Source: a virus
Taxonomy: Duplodnaviria; Heunggongvirae; Uroviricota; Caudoviricetes
IMG/VR virus record: IMGVR_UViG_3300037455_000372
Coordinates: 235,710-299,709 of that record
DNA length: 64,000 bases
Reading direction: 5' to 3' (one strand)
Part shown: piece after piece, positions 20,519 to 30,126 of the stretch
Layout of the letters: each line of letters begins with the position of its first letter
Numbering within the stretch: position 1 is the first letter of the stretch
Made by a program: the position numbers and the translations under genes
The notes under the pieces: generated by a model
What the model saw: the letters and a program-made list of their open reading frames with translations, nothing else
The model's database searches: none
What the model was told of the DNA's origin: nothing

Positions 20519-21151
20519 TTACGCATTTTTGCATAATCTTATTGAAAATCCCTCATTAGTTCCAGCGCGTCCGTTGGCTGTCCAATTAGCATATTTAGGG
20601 TATTCAAAAGCTACAATTCCAGCTTGAGAGCTAGAGTACCTATCGGATAACCAAAAACATCCTCTACTACCTAAATTATAAAACCTACCTTCATAAATTT
20701 GTCCAGATGGTAACATAGAAAAGTCAAAATAATCTATTCCATCCCAAGGAGATGGAGGAAAATTATTTCCAAAAGAGTTAGACTTGGCAAGCATATATTT
20801 AGAATTAATTCCTACTAATCCCTTTACATATTCATATATCTCTTGACATTCTAATTGACTTGGTACATGCCATTCCGATATTCCCCATTCTTGCAGCTTG
20901 CTAGTAATTAGACTTTCTACTGTAGTGAATGTGTATAATCTCCCGCACTTATATCCATTCCAACCATAGGTAGCTTCATCGTTATTGTAATATCTGTCAT
21001 CTGAACCTATCGGCTCATCTAGGTTATATCTGATAAAAATTTTATTCTTTATTCGTACCGTAGGATAAGTATGTGAGTTAATAATGACATCACTAGTATG
21101 CCATGGATAACTCTCTACACTCACGCTATTAGCTCCGTGTGTCAGTATCAT
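20519..21151 (-). CDS. Fib_succ_major (FISUMP)-like domain protein
   Basis: YPTVRI..NL, GRLYTF, WHVPS, FSMLPSG, GCFW, GFSIRLCK. Confidence 0.8.
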   Translation of the reverse strand: MILTHGANSVSVESYPWHTSDVIINSHTYPTVRIKNKIFIRYNLDEPIGSDDRYYNNDEATYGWNGYKCGRLYTFTTVESLITSKLQEWGISEWHVPSQLECQEIYEYVKGLVGINSKYMLAKSNSFGNNFPPSPWDGIDYFDFSMLPSGQIYEGRFYNLGSRGCFWLSDRYSSSQAGIVAFEYPKYANWTANGRAGTNEGFSIRLCKNA

Positions 21152-21163
21152 ATCTAATCTCCA

Positions 21164-21787
21164 CTAAGCATTAGCAGTTCCAAATTCGGCCAGCGTCCAG
21201 CACTTGCCAACGCAAGTGATCTGGCAAATCTTACCAGCATTAACCTTATTACCAGCAGCCGTAGACTGGTAGAACGTAGTCGTGTCGGAACTATCCTTGA
21301 CGGTAACGGTCACGTCGTTCGAGTTTCCGCTGTTATCAACAAGCAGAGCGAAGTTGGGAACGCCGGAATTCGCCAGTACGGTCAGTGCGTTCACCGTAGT
21401 CAGTGTCAGTTCCGTATTGGAGTTACCGCAGCCGATAGCCAGCTTTCCGTTGCTCAAGTCGGATTCGGTCTTTGTTCCGAGGTCGTACATACCGGCGTGG
21501 CTTACCGTCTCGATGGTATCGTTCAACGTGTCGAGTGCAGTCTCAAGACCGTCGATTATATCCTTGGTAGCATAGGTTTCGGTAATCACATTCCCGGAAG
21601 CGTCTTGTTCCGCGCTGGTGGCGGAAATATCCTTTCCGCCGATTTGGGAAACCTTGCTGTCGACTATGGTAAGCGTGATATCGTTGTCATTCACGTCGGA
21701 GCGGGCACGCTCCGAGTAATGAGAGTATTCGGCGGAGAACCCCTTGCCGTTATAGTCAGTCCACAAGTCTTTCTTCATATCTGCCAT
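21164..21787 (-). CDS. Putative fibre/structural protein
   Basis: AEQDASGNVITETYATK fibre-type motif; GAGGTG RBS. Confidence 0.6.
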   Translation of the reverse strand: MADMKKDLWTDYNGKGFSAEYSHYSERARSDVNDNDITLTIVDSKVSQIGGKDISATSAEQDASGNVITETYATKDIIDGLETALDTLNDTIETVSHAGMYDLGTKTESDLSNGKLAIGCGNSNTELTLTTVNALTVLANSGVPNFALLVDNSGNSNDVTVTVKDSSDTTTFYQSTAAGNKVNAGKICQITCVGKCWTLAEFGTANA

Positions 21788-21798
21788 AATTCACCTCG

Positions 21799-23007
21799 TT
21801 ATGCGGTCACGTCCTTGACTAGACGGATGGATGCGCCAGTGTTTAAGTTGCCGACGCCAATGATTGATACCGTAGGGGATATCCTATTTACGGTTTGTTG
21901 TGTATATGTCGTGCGAGCAACAAAGTAAGTTCCTTTATATGAGTATGCGGTTCCATCCCATTGTCTTTCACCAGAAGGAGGTAAGTTAAGTCCTAACGTA
22001 TTTGCACCTTGTGTGCCACCGTTCCACCCAGATGTTGCACACATATTTTTTAATCCATCTTGTGTCACACCTCCAGATGGAATATGCGCTTGTATAATAG
22101 TATCCCAATCTCGGTCAGTCCATATACGCCAGCCTTGTGCATATATACAATCATAGACTTCTTGTGTCGGGACGAATTCATTTGAATGATAGTAGTCAAT
22201 ATATTGGAACGATCCTAACGCACTGAATTTATACAGCATACCAAGGTCACGATTAGTGTCCTCGTCATCATTATACCAGAAGCAGTTGGTACCAACGGTT
22301 CCGAGTGGAATGTCGAGGTTTTCTGTGGTAACTAGTAGGTTTCCAATCTGTACGTACTTGAACAGGTGTCCCTTGACTTCGATTGTGTCTTTCGGTAGAG
22401 GAATCGTGATATTTGCATCGTGCTTCCAGTTATCCCACCTAGCGGTATCCTCCCCGGAAACCACGCCTTTCACCCAAGCACCGGCTGTACCGCCGGCTTC
22501 CGGCACGTTGACCGACTTGCTTTCAATGTCAAGCACGGTACCAGCAACGCTCACCGATTCGATTAGGTTGACTTCCGCGCCTGATTCGATGCCATTGAGC
22601 TTCGTTTGTTCTTCCGTGGTATACGAGGCCGTAGTAGCGTCAAGGACTGCCTTGTTCGAGTGGGAATGTGAGTTCTGCACGGATGTCGCGACATCGGAGG
22701 CGGCGATGCCAGAATCCTCCAGTTCGCCGTTAGCGTCAAGTCCAGCAAAGTTTCCAGAGGTCGCATTGGCAACCTTATCGGCCTTACCGGAAATATCCTG
22801 ATGCTCTTGCAATGCGGTATCGGCCTTTCCGAGTGACGCTTGCACGCCAGAATCCAAGTCAGACTTCGGTATTCCGTCAACCAGTTTCTGGTAGGCGGCA
22901 TCGGCTTTAGCACCTTGTTCAGCAGTAGCATAATTAGCAGACAACGCCTTGACACGGCGATATAGCTCTTGAGCACCTTCTTGTCCTACATAAATCTTAT
23001 TAGCCAT
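21799..23007 (-). CDS. Fibre-like protein with C-terminal FISUMP-like domain
   Basis: N-half shares modules with the 9468 gene; C-half YVQIGNLLVTTENL, GMLYKF, GWRIWT, GASIRLVKD. Confidence 0.8.
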   Translation of the reverse strand: MANKIYVGQEGAQELYRRVKALSANYATAEQGAKADAAYQKLVDGIPKSDLDSGVQASLGKADTALQEHQDISGKADKVANATSGNFAGLDANGELEDSGIAASDVATSVQNSHSHSNKAVLDATTASYTTEEQTKLNGIESGAEVNLIESVSVAGTVLDIESKSVNVPEAGGTAGAWVKGVVSGEDTARWDNWKHDANITIPLPKDTIEVKGHLFKYVQIGNLLVTTENLDIPLGTVGTNCFWYNDDEDTNRDLGMLYKFSALGSFQYIDYYHSNEFVPTQEVYDCIYAQGWRIWTDRDWDTIIQAHIPSGGVTQDGLKNMCATSGWNGGTQGANTLGLNLPPSGERQWDGTAYSYKGTYFVARTTYTQQTVNRISPTVSIIGVGNLNTGASIRLVKDVTA

Positions 23008-23845
23008 TATTCACCTCGTCATCAACGGCATCCAGCCATTCATCCATTTGTGCAACCGTACACGCATCGGTATTGTCTACGTCAGACCAGCTGCCGTCAC
23101 CTCTCAAGAACTTCGCTTGATCTCCCATAGTTCCGTGTGGAACCAGTCCAGCATCGCTGCCGGCATACACACCCGGCTTGTTCTTGATAAAATCTTCTTG
23201 TGTATCGTCATCTTGCGCCCAGTCGGACTGAACGATAGTCGGCTTGTCGGTCAAGTCATTGTAAGAACCGGTAGTGGCGACCGTAGCCAGTTCGGGCTTA
23301 TTCTTGATATAGCTAGGTGCATCGGTATCTTGTTCCGACCAATCCGACTGTTCTACTTCTGGGATAGTAATAGTTGCCCACTTGCCGTCGCCACGAAGGA
23401 ACTTAGTCTCTTCGCCAGCTTTGGGAGCGGGAACAGAGCCAGCCTTTCCGTCTACGGAATCCGTGGCACCGGCCATATCGTTGATGGTTATCAGGTAACC
23501 ATTACGTTCAGAACCGTCATCATCTGTAAAAACGCCTTCCTTGACTACAATCGGGTCTTCGCCCACTATAACCGGTTTTGCCCAATCGCGATCCAGTTCG
23601 ATAAAATAAGCCGGACGGCCTTGGACATACCCCTCGGTAATCTTCAACGCACCGTCTGTCGACTTGACAATCGTATTGTTCAGTACAAGCGTGTTTGTCG
23701 GAGGACAGCACGGACCGGGCATAAACGGCGGAGGTGGCGGAGGCGGTGGGAACGGGCGTTCCGGCCTAGGATGCGGTCTAAATGCCTTGGGAGGCGGCGG
23801 TGGAGGACAACCGCCTTGCTTCTTCGTTCCAACATCAACAGCCAT
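23000..23845 (-). CDS. Fibre-like protein with polyproline N-terminus
   Basis: PPPPPP tracts; duplicated KFLRGDGxW and QSDWxxxDxxxxxxIKNKP; ATAAACT upstream. Confidence 0.7.
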   Translation of the reverse strand: MAVDVGTKKQGGCPPPPPPKAFRPHPRPERPFPPPPPPPPFMPGPCCPPTNTLVLNNTIVKSTDGALKITEGYVQGRPAYFIELDRDWAKPVIVGEDPIVVKEGVFTDDDGSERNGYLITINDMAGATDSVDGKAGSVPAPKAGEETKFLRGDGKWATITIPEVEQSDWSEQDTDAPSYIKNKPELATVATTGSYNDLTDKPTIVQSDWAQDDDTQEDFIKNKPGVYAGSDAGLVPHGTMGDQAKFLRGDGSWSDVDNTDACTVAQMDEWLDAVDDEVNNG

Positions 23846-23928
23846 ACACAGACCTCAAGCGTCATTTACTTGCAGTTTATAACGGGCGCGGTATTCCTCG
23901 CCGTTATTTGTAGGCCGTAGCGGCTATT

Positions 23929-24927
23929 TTATTGCTTCGGTATTAAGCCCGTGCCGTGGCATTCCGGACACACGTTCTCGTGGTCGTCGACGCCGGTACC
24001 GCCGCATTCGGGGCAGTAGTCGCGGTCGTCAGCGGTCTCGTCGATGGTGCCGTCTTCCGGGTCGTCAAGGTCGTCCTCGCTGAAGTCGTATCCTTCGCGG
24101 TCACGATCCCAAGTGTGGGACGGAACCTTGCGGAATTCGTCGCTGTCGCCTCCGTCGCGGTTAAATTCTTCCGGACGCTCGTACTTCAGGATGATGTCCT
24201 TGATCAGCTTGTGGCGGACGATGTCTTCTACACCGAGTTCGACAAACGCGATGCGAGGAACACCTTTCAGTCTGGTCAACGCATCGACGAAACCGGAACG
24301 GACACGTTCGGGCAAGTCGCACTGGGCGGCGTCACCACAGATGACCATTTTGGACTCGCGTCCGAGACGGGTGAGCATAAGCTTCATCTGGGCTTCGGTG
24401 GTGTTCTGGAACTCGTCGCACACTATGAAGCTCTTCGCGAGCGTGGAGCCTCGAATATAGGCCAGCGGACACACCTGGATCTTCGAGTAGAAGTCGTTGT
24501 TGGAGAATGTCTCCTCCAAGTCCTTGCCTTTCTTCTTGGCACGCTTTTCCTTTCCGGTGAGGACCGGCATCTTCTTGACCTGTTCTTCCGGGGTCACGCG
24601 CCGTCCCTTGATAAGGGAAATCGCGTCATAGAGAGGCTGCATATATGGAGCAATCTTCTCGTCCAGACTTCCGGGAAGGAAGCCAAGCTCTTCGCCACCA
24701 GTCACGACTGGTCTGGTTAGAACCAACCGTTCGTAGTCGCCTCGGTCCATTCCGGCGATACCAAGCCAAGTCGCGATAGCGGTCTTGCCGGTGCCTGACG
24801 GGCCGTTTACGAAGATGATGTCGTGGGTCTTGATTGCGTGGACAAGTTCGTCCTGTCCTTGCGTCTTAGTATAGATTGGTCGGTCGTGCCGATCACGGAT
24901 AATCTCTTGGCCGCTATGCTGTATCAC
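23929..24927 (-). CDS. phoH: PhoH-family ATPase with C-terminal zinc finger
   Basis: GPSGTGKT, LTRPVV..LGFLPG, AYIRGSTL, DEFQN, LTRLG, GDAAQCD. Confidence 0.95.
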   Translation of the reverse strand: MIQHSGQEIIRDRHDRPIYTKTQGQDELVHAIKTHDIIFVNGPSGTGKTAIATWLGIAGMDRGDYERLVLTRPVVTGGEELGFLPGSLDEKIAPYMQPLYDAISLIKGRRVTPEEQVKKMPVLTGKEKRAKKKGKDLEETFSNNDFYSKIQVCPLAYIRGSTLAKSFIVCDEFQNTTEAQMKLMLTRLGRESKMVICGDAAQCDLPERVRSGFVDALTRLKGVPRIAFVELGVEDIVRHKLIKDIILKYERPEEFNRDGGDSDEFRKVPSHTWDRDREGYDFSEDDLDDPEDGTIDETADDRDYCPECGGTGVDDHENVCPECHGTGLIPKQ

Positions 24928-25024
24928 TGGCGAATCCTTGATAAGGTGGCTTCATTGCCATCCAGTATATTGTTTATACTTTCTGGCGGTTATCTTCAAC
25001 CTAAACTAGCATAAACTGGTTTGT

Positions 25025-25294
25025 ATGGCAAATATTCTGTTAGAAACCGTCGTATACCGCAAAGGACACCGCAATTCCAAGGGAGAAATTGCCGAGTGGG
25101 TTATTGTTCAGCACAATACTGGCAAGGAACTGTCCTCGCACAAGAGCAAGGGTGCCGCCGAAAGGCATCTGAAGCAGATGGAATACTACAAGCACGCCAA
25201 GCAAGAGTCCTTTGTCGGCTACCTAAACAAACAGCCGCTTACCGAGATGGTAGCGGCTGCTAAGAAGCTTTACGAAGCTATTATTGCTTCCTGA
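25025..25294 (+). CDS. Small hypothetical protein, possible internal head protein
   Basis: 89 aa; HKSKGAAERHLKQMEYYKH; ATAAACT 7 nt upstream of ATG. Confidence 0.7.
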   Translation: MANILLETVVYRKGHRNSKGEIAEWVIVQHNTGKELSSHKSKGAAERHLKQMEYYKHAKQESFVGYLNKQPLTEMVAAAKKLYEAIIAS

Positions 25295-26054
25295 TTTCTT
25301 CGGCTCTCTGTTTTGCCATCTTGTATTCAGGACGATTCAGGATGGCTTGCCAAGCCGAATAGCCGTGCTTTGCGATGAAGTCGGCAATCTTGGGCAGCGT
25401 GATCTGCTTCAAGTGGTTAGTGGCGATATTGAAGTTCTCCATCCATTCCTTGGTGTGTACCATCTCGGTAAGCGGCTTCCAAGTGGGGTCGATGACCGAC
25501 ACTACCGGCGAACCGTACATAGACTCGACCACTACATAGGATTTCATAGCGCAGTCGATAAGGGATTCGTACTGGGGAAGCTGCTTGGCCAGTTCACCCA
25601 TCTTCTCGAAGAACATATTAGCGTGTTCGACGGATTCGTGACGAGGCGAATACTGTAGGAGGTTGTCCAGATGGCGGCCTCTTGCCTCGGCATCCTTGAA
25701 CTCTGGTGACATAAGGAACTCGATAAGAGCCGCGTCGCCGTAGGAATTCATATACATCAAGAGTTCGTTGACATACATCTTGAAGTATTCGTAGTCGTTC
25801 TTGTAGGTTTCCTTGTCGAGCTGGATAAGTTTTTCATCTTCCGGAGTCTTCTTTGGCGTTACCGGTACTGGGTTACTAACCGGGTCGGTAGTCAGCGCGG
25901 TCTTTGCCTTGTTTAACAGCGACTTGATGTTGTCGGCGATGCCTTCGTTGAGAATGTAGCACTTGGCGATGCACTTCAGTGCTTCGGTGCATTCGGGCTT
26001 ATTCTTGGCGAGCTTGGCCAAGCTTTCGAGGTAAATTGCGTGTTTTGTAGCCAT
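25281..26054 (-). CDS. Hypothetical protein with internal repeat, possible internal head protein
   Basis: Two copies of a ~38 aa module ending YILNEG / YVVVES. Confidence 0.7.
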   Translation of the reverse strand: MATKHAIYLESLAKLAKNKPECTEALKCIAKCYILNEGIADNIKSLLNKAKTALTTDPVSNPVPVTPKKTPEDEKLIQLDKETYKNDYEYFKMYVNELLMYMNSYGDAALIEFLMSPEFKDAEARGRHLDNLLQYSPRHESVEHANMFFEKMGELAKQLPQYESLIDCAMKSYVVVESMYGSPVVSVIDPTWKPLTEMVHTKEWMENFNIATNHLKQITLPKIADFIAKHGYSAWQAILNRPEYKMAKQRAEEIRKQ

Positions 26055-26127
26055 AGGACATCTACAGTTGAACTAACCGTAGTTTATAAAAAACCACCAG
26101 AAGTGCCTGGTGGTCGGCTCCAATACG

Positions 26128-26958
26128 CTAATTAGAGGGTTGTTGCCATCTTATGACTTCGTCTAAGGCTTCTTGAGTGCGGCAGTCCTTGATAAGCTTC
26201 TTTATCTTGTCGCACGACATCACGTCGTTGATGATTCTTGCGCGGTCGGTCGTGTGGTTGTTCAGCTGGAGCTTGAGGCCGAACTCAACCATATCGTAAA
26301 TGGCTTGTCCCGGAACGTCCAATTCTAAGAAATCGTCACGGTCGACAATCGGGAGCGGTCTGGGCTTTCCAACCCAGCGAGCCACCTTGGGGTCGCTGAG
26401 GACATCGGAGAAAGGCCAATGCGGGGTTCCGTCTTCACCGAGCGTGGCGAGCGAGTCGGCGGTGGCCAGTCGCGCAAGCCTAGGGAAACATTCGTTGGTC
26501 ACGACATCCATCACGCGGTAGACCGAAGACGAGTCGGCTAGGTGGTGCGCGAGCATATGGTTCTCGATGATCCATTCACCGTCCCAGCGGAGCTTGGCGG
26601 TAGACACGATGCCGTCGGCGAACAGTTTGAACTTGTTAGCCCATTCGGTGAACCATTCGCGGCTGTATACGTCGTGCTTGGCCATATTCTTGCCTTTGTT
26701 GGTTTCGAGAGCCTTGCGCTTGCCCACGTCGTGGAAGACGACCATAAGCAAGTCGAACCAGTCGTGGTCAGGAATCTTCTGCATTTCCTCGAACGCGAGC
26801 TTGACGTGGTCGAGGACTCCGCCTTCGGCGTGGTAGTTGACGTGAGGGACACCGGACATCTCCGCGATGGTGTCCTTGAAGAATTCTTGGTCGTTGACGA
26901 CGGCCTCCCAAGCATTTGGGGCAAGGAGGATATTTTTAATCTTTTGTAAAGTTGTCAT
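26128..26958 (-). CDS. HD-domain phosphohydrolase (similar to HD domain of CCA-adding enzymes)
   Basis: YHAEGGVLDH, FHDVGK, IENHM, ADSLA; start at 26958 inferred from promoter spacing. Confidence 0.8.
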   Translation of the reverse strand: MTTLQKIKNILLAPNAWEAVVNDQEFFKDTIAEMSGVPHVNYHAEGGVLDHVKLAFEEMQKIPDHDWFDLLMVVFHDVGKRKALETNKGKNMAKHDVYSREWFTEWANKFKLFADGIVSTAKLRWDGEWIIENHMLAHHLADSSSVYRVMDVVTNECFPRLARLATADSLATLGEDGTPHWPFSDVLSDPKVARWVGKPRPLPIVDRDDFLELDVPGQAIYDMVEFGLKLQLNNHTTDRARIINDVMSCDKIKKLIKDCRTQEALDEVIRWQQPSN

Positions 26959-27043
26959 AGCCATAATATAACAGTTTTAACTATATTTGTCAATACTTGG
27001 AATATAAATTTTTCATTTCTATATTATAAAACCGAGGAAAATT

Positions 27044-27451
27044 ATGCGTAATCCAGACCGTTTGAAACCCATCTACGACCACATTAAGGGCATCCACAAG
27101 GAGCATTTCCCCAAGCTGGAGTTCGGCCCGTTCATAAAGAAGTTTTTCGACTGGTATAAGCAAGACCCGTTCTATGTAGAAGATTGCTTGGTGTGCGGAC
27201 TGTTTGACAAGTTCGCCTTGGAAGCTGCTGGTACCGAAGACTCGGTTCGTCTCGATGCGTCAGGTCTCGATATGGCCTACGACTATATCTGCGATATGCA
27301 CAAGACGCATCTCCCGGACTGGCGTTTCTTCCAGCTGATGTTCAATGTATTCTCCGAGTACGGTGAAGAGCTGACAAAGTGCGACGACGTGTGTACATTG
27401 TATACCGTGTTCGACAAGTTCTTGAAGCGAGGTAACGATGGCCGGAGCTAG
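27044..27451 (+). CDS. Hypothetical phage protein with two internal repeats
   Basis: MRNPDRL..HFPKLEFG and ..HLPDWRFFQL repeat; GAGG RBS. Confidence 0.7.
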   Translation: MRNPDRLKPIYDHIKGIHKEHFPKLEFGPFIKKFFDWYKQDPFYVEDCLVCGLFDKFALEAAGTEDSVRLDASGLDMAYDYICDMHKTHLPDWRFFQLMFNVFSEYGEELTKCDDVCTLYTVFDKFLKRGNDGRS

Positions 27452-28835
27452 ACGACTATCGATGGGAGACCTGAACGAAGACCAAGTGAAAGCCTTGGCT
27501 TCGATTAGGGACTTCCTTTCTCAGGCTGACCGCCGACAGATGGTCTTGTACGGTGCCGCCGGTACTGGCAAGACCTCCCTCATTAACGTGTTACTAGACG
27601 AGCTGGACAAAGACCCGGACTCGCCAGTCTATTATTGCACGGCTCCGACTAACAAGGCCGTCGATGTCATCGCCGAGCGCACCGGCAGAGACTTTGACCG
27701 AACAATCTATTCACTACTGGGACTTACACTTCTCGACTTCACTGACGGTCGTCCGAAGCTCAAGAAGGAGAACGAGAGCCATCTGCAAGACTATGACTTG
27801 GTTATAGTTGACGAAGCGTCTATGGTGTCTCTCGCGTTGCTGAACGAGATCCAGCGTCAGCTCCTCATCTATACTTCGATCAAGGTCATATATGTAGGAG
27901 ACCGTTGCCAGATTCCTCCGGTAGACGACGCGAACAACGGTATGCTCGAATCCATCATCTTCCAGCTCCCTTGGCAAGTCGAGCTTACGAAGGTTATGAG
28001 AACCGCAGCCGAGAACCCGATTCTCGGAGCCGTTACAGCGATGCGTGCCGATATGAAGTCCCCGGTTGACCTGTTCAAGCACGAGACAGCAGTGGCACCT
28101 GACGGAACCGGCATCTACTTCTATCCGCTGCAGCGACCGTTTATGAACAAGATGCTTGAATATTTCAAGCGCGACGAGTTCAAGGAGGATTCCAGCTACG
28201 CGATGGCGGTCGCCTACACGAACGCGGCTGTCGACGCCATCAACGAACAGGTACGCAGCGTCCTATATCCAGACTGTACTCGAACCATCGAGGTCGGCGA
28301 GGAAGTGCGCGTGGTGAAGACCTACGGCAACAACATCGTCCGTGGCCAGTCTACTTTCTTCAGCGTATTGTACAATGTGGAGGAACGGCTACGAGTCTTG
28401 GAAATCGAGGATGTCGAGGACCCGTCGTACCACATCAAGTGCTACAAGGTCAAGGTGAAGAACCTCGTTCGAAAGAAGGCGAAGCAGTCCACCGCGACGG
28501 CCTACATAATCGCTCCGGAAGGAATGAACGATTATCTGGTACAGAAGGAGAAACTGGCCGTAGAGGCTCGCGAGAAGGCCAATGCGCTGAACGCCCGTGG
28601 CCACCACATCTATACGCCGAGGGAGGCGTGGAAGGAGTATTCCGCGTTCACCAAGTTCTACTTGTGGTTCGGCTACATCTACGCTTTGACTGCCCACAAG
28701 TCGCAGGGCAGCACTATCCAAAATGTGTTCGTCGTCGAGCGCAATATCAACCGCATCCCCGAAGCCGAGTTACGAAACAAGTTGAAGTATACGGCATTCA
28801 CCAGAGCGGCCAAGGAATTGCACGTACTGAAATGA
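27438..28835 (+). CDS. dda: SF1B Dda/RecD-like DNA helicase
   Basis: GAAGTGKT, APTNKA, VDEASM, GDRCQIPPV, TAHKSQGST, YTAFTRA. Confidence 0.9.
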   Translation: MAGARRLSMGDLNEDQVKALASIRDFLSQADRRQMVLYGAAGTGKTSLINVLLDELDKDPDSPVYYCTAPTNKAVDVIAERTGRDFDRTIYSLLGLTLLDFTDGRPKLKKENESHLQDYDLVIVDEASMVSLALLNEIQRQLLIYTSIKVIYVGDRCQIPPVDDANNGMLESIIFQLPWQVELTKVMRTAAENPILGAVTAMRADMKSPVDLFKHETAVAPDGTGIYFYPLQRPFMNKMLEYFKRDEFKEDSSYAMAVAYTNAAVDAINEQVRSVLYPDCTRTIEVGEEVRVVKTYGNNIVRGQSTFFSVLYNVEERLRVLEIEDVEDPSYHIKCYKVKVKNLVRKKAKQSTATAYIIAPEGMNDYLVQKEKLAVEAREKANALNARGHHIYTPREAWKEYSAFTKFYLWFGYIYALTAHKSQGSTIQNVFVVERNINRIPEAELRNKLKYTAFTRAAKELHVLK

Positions 28836-28875
28836 CCTATGGATCGCAGAAATCACAAAAATGTGAAAAATACTA

Positions 28876-28904
28876 TTGACAAATCGATTTAATTGTGCTA
28901 TATT
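28876..28904 (+). promoter_or_regulatory. Sigma70-like promoter of infC
   Basis: TTGACA-N17-TATATT, followed by GAGG RBS. Confidence 0.75.
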
Positions 28905-28934
28905 TACCTTTGTAAATTCAAAAAGTGAGGCAAA

Positions 28935-29654
28935 ATGGCTTATATCAAGGCGAGCTTTCTCGCTATGAAAGATGAAAACGGTCGAGACCTAGGCACGATG
29001 GCTACCGGTCTCGCGAGAGATTATGCGCGTAAGAAGGGAATGGAACTTGTCGCAGTGAACGAAAACGTCGACCCGCCGATTTACACGGTAAAGCCGCGCC
29101 AGCGTTTCGTTCCCCGTGTTCAAGACGACAAGTCCCAGTATGAAGTTACCGCAGCGACCGTCCGCTGTACGGACGAGACCGGAAAGTCTCTCGGCGTCAT
29201 CTCAACTGCTGAAGCGAAGAAACTGGCCGAAGAACGCGGACTGTCTCTTATCGCCGTGAACAACAAGATTGATCCGCCGATCGGTCGCATCGGTGACTTG
29301 AACAAGTACATCTACGACCAGAAGAAGGCTCAGAAGGAAAAGGAAAAGAAGAACCGCGCCGCAGCGAAGGCTTGCGAAAAGAAGGACTTGAAGCTCACTT
29401 CCGACACGACTCCGTCCTCCCAAGCTGACCGAGACCGTATTATGAAGCAAGCGAACGATTTCTTGAAGGACGGTCACCCGGTAGACCTGACCATCCGCTT
29501 CCGTGGCCGCGAGATTTCCCACGCGGAGACTTCGATGAACCGCATCCGCGACGAAATCCTCCACGGTATCGTTGAAGGAACGGTCACTAAGGAAACCCGT
29601 AACCAGAACGGCGATACCTACACGATTAGCTGCAATCCGGTAAAGAAAAAGTAA
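28935..29654 (+). CDS. infC: Translation initiation factor IF-3 homolog with duplicated N-terminal domain
   Basis: VRCTDETGKSLGVISTAEAKKLAEERGLSL..DPPIGRIGDLNKYIYDQKK; C-domain FLKDGHPV..IRFRGRE. Confidence 0.9.
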   Translation: MAYIKASFLAMKDENGRDLGTMATGLARDYARKKGMELVAVNENVDPPIYTVKPRQRFVPRVQDDKSQYEVTAATVRCTDETGKSLGVISTAEAKKLAEERGLSLIAVNNKIDPPIGRIGDLNKYIYDQKKAQKEKEKKNRAAAKACEKKDLKLTSDTTPSSQADRDRIMKQANDFLKDGHPVDLTIRFRGREISHAETSMNRIRDEILHGIVEGTVTKETRNQNGDTYTISCNPVKKK

Positions 29655-29675
29655 TTCTGTTAGAGAGACGAGCAA

Positions 29676-29705
29676 GAAGGCTGGGCTTTGCCCAGCCTTT
29701 CTTTT
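29676..29705. terminator. Bidirectional intrinsic terminator
   Basis: AAGGCTGGGC-TTT-GCCCAGCCTTTCTTTT. Confidence 0.75.
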
Positions 29706-30045
29706 AAAGCATAGCGATTTCGGCTCGCATAACGTCATCTTCTTCTTCGTCGTAGATGGCGTCGATGCCTTCTTCGACACTGTCGGTTGCGTTCCAAGCC
29801 TTCACGAAGGTGGAATAGTGGTCGTCGACCCAGTCCCAGAACGATTCGAGGTCGTCGCCCCATCCGTATTTCTGCTTGGCATACGCGTAACCGGTCTGTG
29901 CCACGTAAGGAGATGCGCGGTGTTTCTTGCCTTCGGCCTCGCACATAGCGTCGAAACCTTTCTGGAGGGGTGCAACCGCTTCGGCGCAGCCGACCTTGGT
30001 GCAAACCTGTTCAATGAAATTCTTGAAAATCTGGGTCTGGTTCAT
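29704..30045 (-). CDS. Hypothetical protein, possible internal head protein
   Basis: N-terminal module ending FDAMCEA; ATAAACT upstream. Confidence 0.7.
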   Translation of the reverse strand: MNQTQIFKNFIEQVCTKVGCAEAVAPLQKGFDAMCEAEGKKHRASPYVAQTGYAYAKQKYGWGDDLESFWDWVDDHYSTFVKAWNATDSVEEGIDAIYDEEEDDVMRAEIAML

Positions 30046-30126
30046 ACTGATTACCGGTTATTTCCTACCAGTTTATAAAAAGGAGCCGGATTACTCCGAC
30101 TCCCTACTCTCTATGACCAGATTCGA

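Noticed and set aside
20519-21920. Complete diversity-generating retroelement
   Set aside because: No reverse transcriptase or template/variable repeat pair is visible in the window.
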